From positions 59,706,001 through 59,770,000 of the forward strand of contig OZ024743.1 of assembly GCA_964016885.1 (NCBI GenBank): a stretch of DNA of 64,000 nt. The letters run 5' to 3'. Shown here in pieces: positions 24,643 through 36,747 of this stretch. The notes under the pieces are model-generated. The model worked only from the letters and a program-made list of their open reading frames with translations, was not told the origin of the DNA and did no database searches. Position numbers and translations under genes: made by a program. The first letter of the stretch is position 1. Every line of letters begins with the position of its first letter. Source of the stretch: Eledone cirrhosa (Eukaryota).

Positions 24643-27600
24643 CCTTGAATCTCAGTCATTGATGTTGGTTAACTGGAAAGTCCGTTGGATTGAATATCAA
24701 GCCACTACCTGCAGCCTCAGATATTCAGGACGTATCGGAGGGTTCTTGCCGTTCCAAGCAAGCATGCCTTTTGAAGCGTTCCAAAAAGCGTGAAGGGGCC
24801 GATTTTCTTTAACCATCCCTGGAAACCTTTGGAGATAGTCCCCAGTGCGCCTATGACAATCGGGATCACTTTGACTTCATGGCAGTTCCAAATCCTTTTC
24901 ACCTCCCACTTTAGGTCCTGGTATCGGTTAATTTTCTCCCTCTCCTTCTCTTGCACTCTCGTGTCGAACGGGCAGGCCACATCCACAATCAGGCACGATC
25001 TTTTTTCTTTGTCCACAACCACCAGGTCAGGTCTATTGTGTTCCAGTTTTTTGTCCGTCTGTATCCTAAAATCCCACAGCACCTTCACCTGACTGTTCTC
25101 CATCACCGCCTCTGGCCTATGCTCATACCATTTCTCAGAATGTGGTAGATTGTTTACTTTGCACAGGTGCCAGTGGATCACCCTGCCCATCACATCGTGT
25201 CTCCAGCCCTTATAGTGGGTCTGGGCTAGGTGATTACACTCGGACACAATGTGAGCCACAGTCTCCTCTCTCTCTCCACAGATCCTGCACAGTGGGCTAG
25301 CCTCCTCCTTGTAGATATGGTGCTTCAACCACTTCGTTTTGAGGGCCTGCTCCTGCGCAGCCATTAGTATTCCTTCTGTAGCCTTTTTGAGGTCTCCTCT
25401 TCTCAACCAGTTCCATGTCTGTGGATCTCTAAATTCAGTTTTCTCAAAGAAGGTACTATGAATGGATTTTCCCTTAAGGCTGCTCTTCCTCCTTGATGTT
25501 ATTTCCTCCTTGGATATCCCCTGGCCTACTGTCCCCTCCTTCAGTACAGCTCTGAGCATTGGCTCCTTACTATAGGTCACGTATTTGTATAGGTTGTTTT
25601 TCTCCATCTGAACACAGTCCTCTATGCTGATAAGACCTCTTCCACCCTCAGATCTCCTTAGGTAGAGTCTATCGACATCACTCCTCTTGTGGAACGAGGA
25701 CAAACAACAGAGGGGACACACTATCTCTCTGGAAGAAACCTCTCTTGATCTTCACGCTTCACAAGGATTCTCCAGTTGATGTCAACTCTGTCTCCCAGGA
25801 CCCCATACTCCTGCCCAGCAACTGTCTGATGTTATCTGCCACCCTGAAGATCTCCAGGCTTTTGGTGATCCAGGAATGAGGCACCATGTCAAATGCCTTT
25901 CTGTAGTCTATCCATCCCATGGCAAGATCAGTGTGTCTCCTCCTGCAATTCCCCATTACCATCTTATCAATAAGCAACTGGTCCTTTGTACCACGTGACT
26001 TCTTTCGGCATCCTTTCTGTTCGTCCGGCTACAAGTTGTTTGTGTGGAGGTGATGGTAGATTTCCTCAGACACAATGCTCGTCAACAGTTTCCACATTAC
26101 GGGCAGCCATGTGATAGGTCTATAGTTGGTAACATCATTACCCTTGATTCGGTCTTTCATTATCAGAACTGTGGTACCTTTTGTCAACCACTCTGGCACC
26201 TCACCCGACACCAAGCAGTCATTGAACATGGCCGTCAGCTTCGGGTGGAGGGATGTTAAATGTTTAATCCAATACCCCTGCACACCATCTGGGCCTGGTG
26301 ATTTCCAGTTGGTTAGTTTTTTGGCTTGCCCCTTAAGGGTTTCAACTGTGATACTCAAATCAGTCTGTTGCTGTGCCTGCTCACCGATCTCCCTCTGTAC
26401 TGTCTCAATCCACCCTGCCTGGGCATTGTGTCTAACATCCTGCTCCCATATTCCTCTCCAGAATGTTTTAGCCTGTTCCGCCCCAGGGATCAAGTCGTTG
26501 CCTCTTTCTTTCCCCTCAAGCTGTCCAAACAGCATCTTCTGGTTGTTGTCGAACATGCGGTTCTGTTTATACTGACTGACTCTGTTCTCGTATCGCCTGA
26601 TTTTGGCACTCTTTGCTACAATGCGTTGCTTCAATTCCTCTATGATAATATTTAGCTTTTTACTCCTAGTTTTGTATTTTATTTCCAGTCTATTTTTAGT
26701 GCCTATGTTTTTTAGTGTCCCATTCAGTAGTGACTCAAGCTTTCCTATGTCATTTCTCATTTCCCCGATTTGCCCACTCAGTCGCTTCTTCCACCACGGC
26801 TCTGCTCTTTCTTGTCTGCTGTTTCCTCTCGCTTTTATACCAAGTAGTTTCCTCACCGTGTTTGCTGTTGCTTTGAGGATATTGTTGCACTGGTGAAGAC
26901 TCCTCGCCTCAAGGTATGGGATGACTTTGTTTACCTTAGCTGTTGTTTCTTTTAACTTTTTCCTGTCTACAAATCTTAGGTTCATAGGTCTCCCACTATC
27001 ATTGTTCAACTCATCTACCACTAAATTTAGGATGTCAACCGAATCTTGTCCTAGCCCGTCAGCATTCATCTCCTCAGTGGCCGTATCTCTGTTCCAGGTA
27101 TTATTTATCTCAGTATTCAGATCATTGTCTGCTTCGGGTGGTTCCTCCGTTCTCAGGACCTCCTCACCTTCATTTCCCGCCGGCTCGCTTGTCTGGCATA
27201 CTACACCCGCCATCTCCAAGCCATTCTCTCTGCTCAGTTCCTCCAGTTCCAGCTCGCTTATCCACCCATTAGTTCTTATTACCCGAGCCTGCCCGGCCAA
27301 TTTTTGTTCATCTAATTTAAATAAACCAATCTCGTTCCAGATGTTATGCATCCGTCTCCTGTAGCCCCTCTCCTTGGGGTTACTTTTCAGGTAGCATTGC
27401 ATAACAGTTCTATTCAATTCTTTCGTCCAGTTGGTTCTGGCCCCTTTCCTTCTTCTTCTTCCTCCAACATCAGCAGTATTTGGTTGACAGTCAGGTTCCT
27501 GCTGCTGAGCCAGGGGGCACCTGTTGGGTGAGAGTCTGTCACATGACGTTCTAGTCTCCATTTCACCGTTATTCGAACTGTTTATGTTCGATATTTAAAC

Positions 27601-28940
27601 ACTCTTATCGAGGATTGGCGAATGTATGTTTACATAGCCATCTGTGGATCCGCCATCCCACTTGGCCCTTGTGTGGCATTATCACCACGCTGTATACGGA
27701 CACACATAAACAAACAAACACACGGGCAGAAAGGGCCCCAAAAATGAATAAGCATAAGTTTCATTGTAATGTAGTATTCGAATGTCTGACTTAGTTTTTG
27801 TTTTTTAAGTTTTACTTTTTCCCCCCTCTTCTCTGTCCGTCCACCTGCTTCTCTCTTCATTCTTATTTTCTTTACGTTTTTGGGGTTTCTTTTTTTGTTT
27901 TTGTTTTTCTGTTTGTTTTTCTCGTTTTTTGCTGTTGTTGCTGTGCTGCTTTTGTTGTTTGTTTTTTCTTTTTTCTTTTGAGTCTATCTATATATTTTGA
28001 TGCCTTCCTCTTTGTTAGTAGTAGGAATTCTATAATGTGGAAGTGGCAGCCAGCAGAGTCTGGCGGGGTTGGCGATACTGAGACAGTGGTGGTGGTGATG
28101 TCGATACCGAGGCAGTGGTGGCGGTGATGCGACCGTATTACTGTAGTGATGGTGCTGTAGCGGTGGCAGCAGCAGTGAAGGAGTCAAGGGGTGGTGGCGG
28201 CGGTGATGGGATAGTGGTGGTAATGATGGCCGTAGTGAGCGGTGGCGGTGAAGGTGAAAATGCTGTTGTGTTTAGTGTACACAGATGATGGGGTGGGTGG
28301 TGTATCTAGTTTCTGGTGTTGGTGAGTTTCGCTGTCCTATATAGTGTAGCCAGAGGAGAGGAGGGGGGGGGTCTTCTTCTTCCATTTATAGCCATTTTAT
28401 TTTTTTTGGATATACAGTGTACAATACAAAGTTGAATATTTGAATATTTGAGCCGTATTACTGTAGTGATGGTGCTGTAGCTGTGGCAGCAGCAGTGAAG
28501 GAGTCAAGGGGTGGTGGCGGCGGTGATGGGATAGTGGTGGTAATGATGGCCGTAGTGAGCGGTGGCGGTGAAGGTGAAAATGCTGTTGTGTTTAGTGTAC
28601 ACAGATGATGGGGTGGGTGGTGTATCTAGTTTCTGGTGTTGGTGAGTTTAGCTGTCCTATATAGTGTAGCCAGAGGAGAGGAGGGGGGGGGGGTTCTTCT
28701 TCTTCCATTTATAGCCATTTTTTTTTTGGATATACAGTGTACAATACAAAGTTGAATATTTGAATATTTGAGCCTTATAACAATATATTTTGGGTCCGAA
28801 TCTTTTTGGGGCTCAAGCCGGGTGCTTTACGTAGCATTTGTACTAAGAGTTGTTATTTCACAAATGATTTAAATATGTTAAAAATTCAAAACTTACGGGA
28901 GCGATTTCATGACCTCCGTCACCTCGTGCGTCTTCTTCCC
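24643..28940 (-). mobile_element. R4/Dong family A unit A4 (both ends present; RT catalytic core deleted at ~25697; ~320 bp tandem duplication in the 5' UTR)
   Basis: ORFs 26029-27561, 25759-25977, 24717-25721; junction ggaac|gaggac skips the FMDD region present in A2; UTR duplication 28133-28452/28453-28775; 5' terminus AGGGAAGAAGAC as in A2. Confidence 0.92.
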
Positions 28941-28973
28941 TTATTCTTATTATTATTATTCTTCTTCTTCTTC

Positions 28974-29047
<74 letters not shown>

Positions 29048-30785
29048 TTTGAGTCTCAGTCATTGATGTTATTTAACTGCAAAGTGTGTTGAAATGAATG
29101 TAAAGCCATTACCTGCAGCCTCAGATATTCAGGACGTATCGGAGGGTTCTTGTGATTCCCTGCAAGCATGCCTTTTGAAGTGTTCCAAAAAGCGGGGCGG
29201 GACCAATTTTCTTTAGCCATCCTTGGAACTCTTTGGGATAGTACCTTTTTCCCTTGTCCAAAACCACCAGGTCAGGTATACTGTGTTCCAGTTTCTTGTC
29301 TGTCTGTATCCTAAAATCCCACAGCACCTTCACCTGATCGTTTTCCATCACCGATTCTGGCTTATGCTAATACCACTTCTCAGAATGTGGTAACTTGTTT
29401 ACTTTGCATAGGTACCAGTGGATCACCCTGCCCATCACATCATGTCTCCAGCCTTTATAGTGAGTATGGGCTAGGTTTTTACACTCAGATACAATGTGAG
29501 CCATAGTCTCCTCTCTCTCTCTCTCTCTCTCTCTCCACAGATCCTACACAGTGGATTAGCCTCCTCCTTGTAAATAAGGTGTTTCGGCCACTTCGTTTTG
29601 ATGGCCTGTTCTTGCGCAGCCATTAGCATTCCTTCTGTAGCCTTTTTAAGGTCTCCTCTTTTCAACCAGTTCCATGTCTGTGGATTTCTAAATTCAGTTT
29701 TCTCAAAGAAGGTACTATGAAGGGATTTTTCATGAAGTTTGCTATTTCTCCTGGTTGTTATTTCCTCCTTGGACATCCCCTGGTCTATTGCCCTCTCCTG
29801 CAGTACAATTCTGTGCATTGGCTCCCTACTATCAGTCACGTATGTGTGTAGGTTGTTTTTCTCTATCTCACCACAGTCCTCTATGCTGATAAGACCTCTT
29901 CCACCCTCAGATCTCATTAAGTAGAGCCTATTGGCATCACTCCTCTTGTGGAACATTTTGTAGATAGTCAATAGCTTCCTAGTCTTCTTATCCATTTCTT
30001 TTTTTTCAGCAACATTCCATCTCAGAATTCCCGCACTGTACCTAAAAATAGACACAGCTTGGGAATTTACTGCACTTATGGCATTCCTACTGTTCAGATG
30101 TGACATTTCCTCAATGGCCGTATCTTTGTTCCAAATTTTATTTATTTCAGCATTCAGATCATTTTCTGCTTCGGATGGTTCCCCAGGTCTCTCAACATCT
30201 TCACCTTCATTTCCCATTGGCTCGTTTGCCTGACATACTCCTCTCACCATTTCCAACTTAATCTCTTTGCTCAGTTCCTCCAGTTCCAACTCACTTATCA
30301 ATCCATTAGTTCTTATTACCCGAGCCTGCCCGGCCAATTGTTGTTCATCTAATTTAAATAGACCAATCTCGTTCCAGATGTTATGCATCCGTTTCCTATA
30401 GCATTTTCACTTGGGAATAATCTTCAGGTAAATTTGCATAACAGTTATATTCAATACTTTCGTCCAGTTGGTTCAGATCCCTTTCCTTCTTCTTCCTCCA
30501 ACACCAGCAGTATTAGAATGACAGCCAATCCCTGCTGCTGAGCCAGGGAGCAGATGTTGGGTAGAGTCTGTCACATGATATTCCAGTCTCCATTTCACCG
30601 TTATTCGAACTGTTTAGGTTCGACATTGAAACACTCATATCGAGGATTGGTGAATGTATGGTTACATAACCACTGGTGATTTCATCACCCCAGTGATTTG
30701 ATCACCTCCGGTGATTTTACCATGGTACTATCTGGATGTAGACGAACATAAATAAATAAACAAATAAATAGTTAAAAACTTTAAA
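29048..30785 (-). mobile_element. R4/Dong family A unit A5 (large internal deletion fusing the N-terminus to the post-RT region)
   Basis: ORF 29471-30388 reads ...DTAIEEM|SHLNSRNAIS..., an in-frame fusion; a second deletion near 29241 lies in the RLE. Confidence 0.88.
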
Positions 30786-30812
30786 ATTATTATTATTATT
30801 ATTATTATTATT

Positions 30813-31085
30813 ATAATTGCATTTATCTTGTTTTATGTTCATACGAGTTATCACCAAGTCACAACCAGTGATATCAAGAGACAACAAGGACCGCCATGTT
30901 CAAGAAAGAACATACATACACACACATGCATCTTTAGGTGTTTAGTCTTGTCTTGTACTTATATTGACAGTATCTTCCTTAGTATATGGGCAGTTCCCAT
31001 TAGTACTATCTTTTGTATTTCTCCTATACGCGGGTTTCCTGGGATTTGCGATAAGTAACCATTAGACCCCTTATGTATCATTCCT
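30813..31085 (-). mobile_element. R4/Dong family B 3' fragment (unit B3)
   Basis: Matches the B2 3' end (20251-20520). Confidence 0.88.
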
Positions 31086-31105
31086 ATTATTATTAATATT
31101 ATTGT

Positions 31106-32131
31106 TCTTTGAGTCTCAGTCATTGATGTTAGTTAACTGGAATGTTTGTTGAAATGAATATCAAGCCACTACCTGCAGCCTCAGATATTCAGGACGTATC
31201 GGAGGGTTCTTGCTGTTCCCCGCAAGCATGCCTTCTGAAGCGTTCCAAAAAGCGTGGCGGGTACAAATTTCTTTAACCATCCCTGGAAACTTTTTGATAT
31301 AGTACCTACTGCGCCTATGACAATCGGGACCACTTTGACTTCATGGCAGTTCCAAATACTTTTTACCTCCCACTTTAAGTCCTGGTATCGTTTAATTTTC
31401 TCCCTTTCCTTCTCTTGCACTCTCGTGTCGAATGGGCAGGCCACATCTTCAATCAGGCACGATCTTTTTTCCTTGTCCAAAACCACCAGGTCAGGTCTAT
31501 TGTGTTCCAGTTTCTTCTCCGTCCGCATCCTCAAATCCCACAGCACCTTCACCTGATCGTTTTCTATCACCGACTCTGGCTTATGCTCATACCACTTCTC
31601 AGAATGTGGTAAATTGTTTACTTTGCATAGGTGCCAGTGGATCACCCTGCCCATCACATCATGTTTGCAGCCCTTATAGTGAGTCTGGGCTAGGTGTTTA
31701 CATTCGGATACAATGTGAGCCACAGTCTCTTCTCTCTCTCCACAGATCCTGCACAGTGGGCTAGCCTCCTCCTTGTAAATATGGTGTTTCAACCACTTCG
31801 TTTTGAGGGTCTGCTCTTGCGCAGCCATTAGCATTCCTTCTGTAGCCTTTTTAAGGTCCCCTCTTTTCAACCACTTCCATGTCTGTGGATCTCTGAGTTC
31901 AGTTTTCTCAAAGAAGGTAGTATGAAGGGATTTTTCATGAATGCTGCTCTTTCTCCTTGTTGTTATTTCCTACTTGGACATCCCCTTGTCTATTGTCCTC
32001 TCCTTCAGTACAATTCTGAGCATTGGCTCCTTACTATCCGTCACGTATTTGTGTAGGTTGTTTTTCTCCATCTGAACCCAGTCCTCTATGCTGATAATAC
32101 CTCTTCCACCTTCAGATCTCCTTAAGTAGAG

Positions 32132-32132
<1 letters not shown>
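31106..32132 (-). mobile_element. R4/Dong family A 3' fragment (unit A6)
   Basis: ORF 31181-31870 with CCHC, RLE and the RYVLNI C-terminus; family A 3' UTR. Confidence 0.9.
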
Positions 32133-32204
<72 letters not shown>

Positions 32205-32207
<3 letters not shown>

Positions 32208-32515
32208 AATCCCGTCGAAGTTAATTTTGTATTTCATCCTTACGGTGTCGGTAAAATAAAGTACCTGTAATACAGTGGAATAACTACTGGCCTTGTGTCA
32301 AAACTAGAAACAATTATTATTATTATTAAATAATAATTGTTTCTACTTTCGGCACCAGGCCAGCAATTATCCAAGTGCATTACTGGTACTTTATTTTATT
32401 GATCCCGTAAGGATGAAAGGCAAAGTTAACCTCGCCGGGATTTGAACTCAGATCATAAAGGGAGGTAAGTCTATGATTCCAAGCATGGCGGCCGACAGTC
32501 TACCGATTCTGCCAA
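32205..32515. mobile_element. Two SINE copies tail-to-tail (32205-32327 +, 5'-truncated; 32330-32515 -)
   Basis: Same core and tail as 3402-3596, in opposite orientations. Confidence 0.82.
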
Positions 32516-32849
32516 TAATATAAATATGCAACTTAACGTTATTATGCATATCACCAATTGACAATGCACATAATGCTGTAACTGGTATATTAAATGGGGA
32601 AATAGCCACTTTGTAAATAAATTAATATTTTGATATTACACTGAAAGTTACTATTCAGCATTTTCTATTGAAAAAATATTTTTCCTTTCTCCTATTTGTT
32701 TAAATATATATAGTAAAATATGTGTTAGTTAGTCACCGACACTATTGTATACAGAATACTGTACTCAACAAAATATACAATTAGGTCTACTGACATCGAA
32801 GTAAAAATATAATGAACTGTAAGTTTTCATTTATTTCATTTCATTAGCT

Positions 32850-32960
<111 letters not shown>

Positions 32961-33090
32961 GTGAGGTATTTTTACAAATTGAAAAATAACCGAGGTGTCC
33001 TACACGAGTGAAAGTATAAAGAAAAAGAGATGAAATCGAAAATGCAACTGGAGTCTTATTTTGAAAAAAAATATATATATTTATTTAGTT

Positions 33091-33128
33091 CCTTTACCGG
33101 TTTCGCAGTTCTTCTGCTTTTCAAAAGG
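33091..33128 (-). ncRNA. Minimal type I hammerhead ribozyme candidate (U3:A8 variant)
   Basis: cctt-TTGAAAA-gcag aagaa ctgc-GAAA-ccgg-TA-aagg; palindromic stem III (ACCGGT) is typical of Penelope minimal hammerheads. Confidence 0.7.
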
Positions 33129-33999
33129 TGAGTTGAGATGGAGGGTCTGTGGTTTTTCTCACATCTGGTTGGTCTCTGAATGTTACTTGTTTTATATGGA
33201 AAAAGTGGCTCGAAATGCCAGGTTTTTCGAGAAGTAATTTGATTGGTTTGTCAATAATTATAATAAATTTCGTGCCAGTTCGCGTTACAATATTTCTTCA
33301 AATAAGAGGGGGGGGTTGTCATAGGTTGTTTTTTTCATATATGAGTGTTTGAATTTCTTTTTACTAGAAAAAAGGGGCTCACGAAGGCTTTTTTGGGGTT
33401 GTTTATAAATGAAATTAATGCTGTCACGTGAACAAATTTTTATTAAATTTTCGTGCCCTTATTTGGAAATCCATACTGTAGCCTTTTTAGAGAATTTCAT
33501 GATAAGTGAAAGATAATGGTCAAGAGAAAGGGATGGGAGAATTGTTCTGGTTCAGTGAATATGGTTAGTTCGCTGGGGTGTCAGAATTCAGATTTTCTAT
33601 TGAATAAAGAAAGTAAAGATATGTATGTTTATTTGTGTGCTTGTGTGTGTGTGCGTGTGCTTCTGTGTGTGTTGTGTGTGTGTATGTTTGAATTTCTTTA
33701 CTTAAAAAAAAGGTGGCTCACGAAGGCTTTTTTTAATAAACGTGATTTGATTGGTTATAAATGAAATTTGGCTGTCACGTGAACAAGTTTTCATTACATT
33801 TACGCGCCCTTATTTGGAAATCTATTCTGTAGCCTTTATAGAGAATGTTATGACAAAGGAAAGATAGTGGTCAAGAGAAATAGGATGGGGGATTTGTTCT
33901 GGTTCAGTGAATATTGTTAGTTCGCTGGGGTGTCAGAGTTCAAATTTTCTATTGAAGTAAATATATGTATGTTTATTTGTGTGCTTGTGTGTGTGTGTG

Positions 34000-34093
<94 letters not shown>

Positions 34094-34410
34094 TGTGTGT
34101 GTGTGTGTTGGAAGATGATTCTATTATAGAAATGGGGGAGGGAGTTGTGGGTGTAGGAGTTGTTATGTGTGTGTATGGGTGTTATGTGTGTGGGAGTATG
34201 GTTAGCATGTTAAGATGAAGAGAATATATATATATATTGTGTGTGTGTGTAGGAAAATGATTCCTTTCGTAGGAATATTTTTGAATGAACATATTTTCCT
34301 TACTTATTCGTATTTGTTCTGTTGTATTGTCAGTGCAAACGTATGTTAAGGTTTATTCAGTTCGAGTTTTTATTTTCTAAAGTAGAAGGTGTTAAGTGTG
34401 TGTGTGTATG

Positions 34411-34721
34411 TCATATTATGGTGTTGACATAATATATATTAAACCATATTAATGCTGGTCTATATTTTTGAATAAACATATTTTCCTTATTTATTCGTAT
34501 TTGTTCTGTTGTATTGTTAGCGCAAAGGTAAAATGGGAAGACATGGAATTTGGGTGTCTTATTACTTGCGCAAATGTCTAGATGTGCACTTAGTGGTATC
34601 TGTCTCGTGGTTGGATCTCGTAATTGTTGGCGATGAACTGTCATTCTGTTTCTGAGTGTGAGTTTAGTTTGTCCTATATAATCTTCATTGCATCCTTTAC
34701 ATTTAATGGAATAAAGTAGAT
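34411..34721 (-). pseudogene. GIY-YIG endonuclease C-terminal fragment of a Penelope-like element
   Basis: Translates NLLYSIKCKGCNEDYIGQTKLTLRNRMTVHRQQ...LSAHLDIC...KENMFIQKYRPAL. Confidence 0.85.
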
Positions 34722-35972
34722 TTTACGAGATCCAGCCACGAGACAGATACCACTAAGTGCACATCTAGACATTTGCGCAAGTAATAAGATACCCAAATTC
34801 CAAGTCTTCCCATTTTACCTTTGCGCTAACAATACAACAGCACAAATACGAATAAAGAAGGAAAATATGTTTATTCAAAAATATAGACCAGCATTAAATA
34901 TGGTTTAATATACATTATGTCAACACCATAATATGACATACACACACACACACACATAACACCTTCTACTTTAGAAAATAAAAACCCGAACTAAATAAAC
35001 CTTAACATACGTTTGCACTGACAATACAACAGAACAAATACAAATAAGTAAGGAAAATATGTTCATTAAATAAAATTCCTACTAAAGGAATCATTTTCCT
35101 ACACACACACACACACACAATATATATATATATACTCATCATCTTAACATGCTAACCATACTCCCACACAGATAACACCCATACACACACATAACAACCC
35201 CTACACCCACAACTCCCTGCCCCATTTCTACTAATAGAACCACTTTCCTACACACATATATACACACACACACAATATATATTCTCTCTATCTTAACATA
35301 CTCGCACACCACACACACATAACACCCATATACACACACACAACTCCCTCCCCCATTTCTACTAATAGAATCGTCTTCCAATACACACATACACACACAC
35401 ACACACACACAAGCACACAAATACACATACATATCTTTACTTCAATAGAAAATCTGAACTCTGACACCCCAGCGAACTAACAATATTCACTGAACCAGAA
35501 CAATCCCCAAATCCCATTTCTCTTGACCACTATCTTTCCCTTGTCATAACATTCTCTATAAAAGCTACAGAATATATTTCCAAATGAGGGCGCGTAAATG
35601 TAATGAAAACTTGTTCACGTGACAGCCAAATTTCATTTATAACCAATCAAATCACGTTTATTAAAAAAAAGCCTTCGTGAGCCACCTTTTTTTTAAGTAA
35701 AGAAATTCAAACACACACACAACACACACGCACACACACACAAGCACACAAATAAACATATGTGAAAAAACAACCTATGACACCCCCCCCCCCTCTTATT
35801 TGAAGAACTATTGTAACGCGAACTAGCGCGAAATTTATTATAATTATTGACAAACCAATCAAATTACTTCTCGAAAAACCTGGCATTTCGAGCCACTTTT
35901 TCCATATAAAACAAGTAACATTCAGAGACCAACCAGATGTGAGAAAAACCACAGACCCTCCATCTCAACTCA

Positions 35973-36010
35973 CCTTTTGAAAAGCAGAAGAACTGCGAAA
36001 CCGGTAGAGG
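35973..36010 (+). ncRNA. Minimal type I hammerhead ribozyme candidate (mirror copy of 33091-33128)
   Basis: cctt-TTGAAAA-gcag aagaa ctgc-GAAA-ccgg-TA-gagg; the single stem I change yields a U-G pair. Confidence 0.7.
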
Positions 36011-36128
36011 AACCAAATAAATGTTTTTTTTTTTTTTAAATAAGACTCCAGTTGCATTTTCGAATTTATCTCTCTCTCTCTCTCTCTCTCTCTCGCTCTC
36101 TCTCTCTCTCTCACTCTCTCTCTCTATC

Positions 36129-36173
<45 letters not shown>

Positions 36174-36202
36174 CTCTCTCTCTCACTCTCTCTCTCTCCC
36201 TC

Positions 36203-36296
<94 letters not shown>

Positions 36297-36357
36297 TATC
36301 GTTTCTGAAATTGTTTAGCTTGATTCTTTATCTGAAAACGTGTGTTGAAACCGATAA

Positions 36358-36596
36358 TGTTATACTTTGGGAGGGTCATGTTGCCAATAAGAAACACACG
36401 CACCAGTTGCGTCCGCTCCAATTTATTATAAACTTTGACAATATATGAACAACGGTTCGTTTTGTGGAACCAACGAACCAACCAACCGGAAATTTACAAT
36501 TTTTTTAAATTTATAAATTTAATTTATAATAAATTGTAGTGAAAGCACTGGTGCGTGTGATTCTTATTGGCAACATGACCCTCCCAAAGTATAACA
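36358..36596. repeat. Inverted repeat (~75 bp arms, ~90 bp spacer)
   Basis: 36358-36432 versus 36523-36596. Confidence 0.85.
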
Positions 36597-36614
36597 ATAT
36601 ATATATATATATAA

Positions 36615-36747
<133 letters not shown>

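Noticed and set aside
12821-32205. CRISPR-like or telomeric array interpretation
   Set aside because: Spacers are retrotransposon bodies and the repeats are simple (TAA)n, not CRISPR repeats or TTAGGG; no cas genes.
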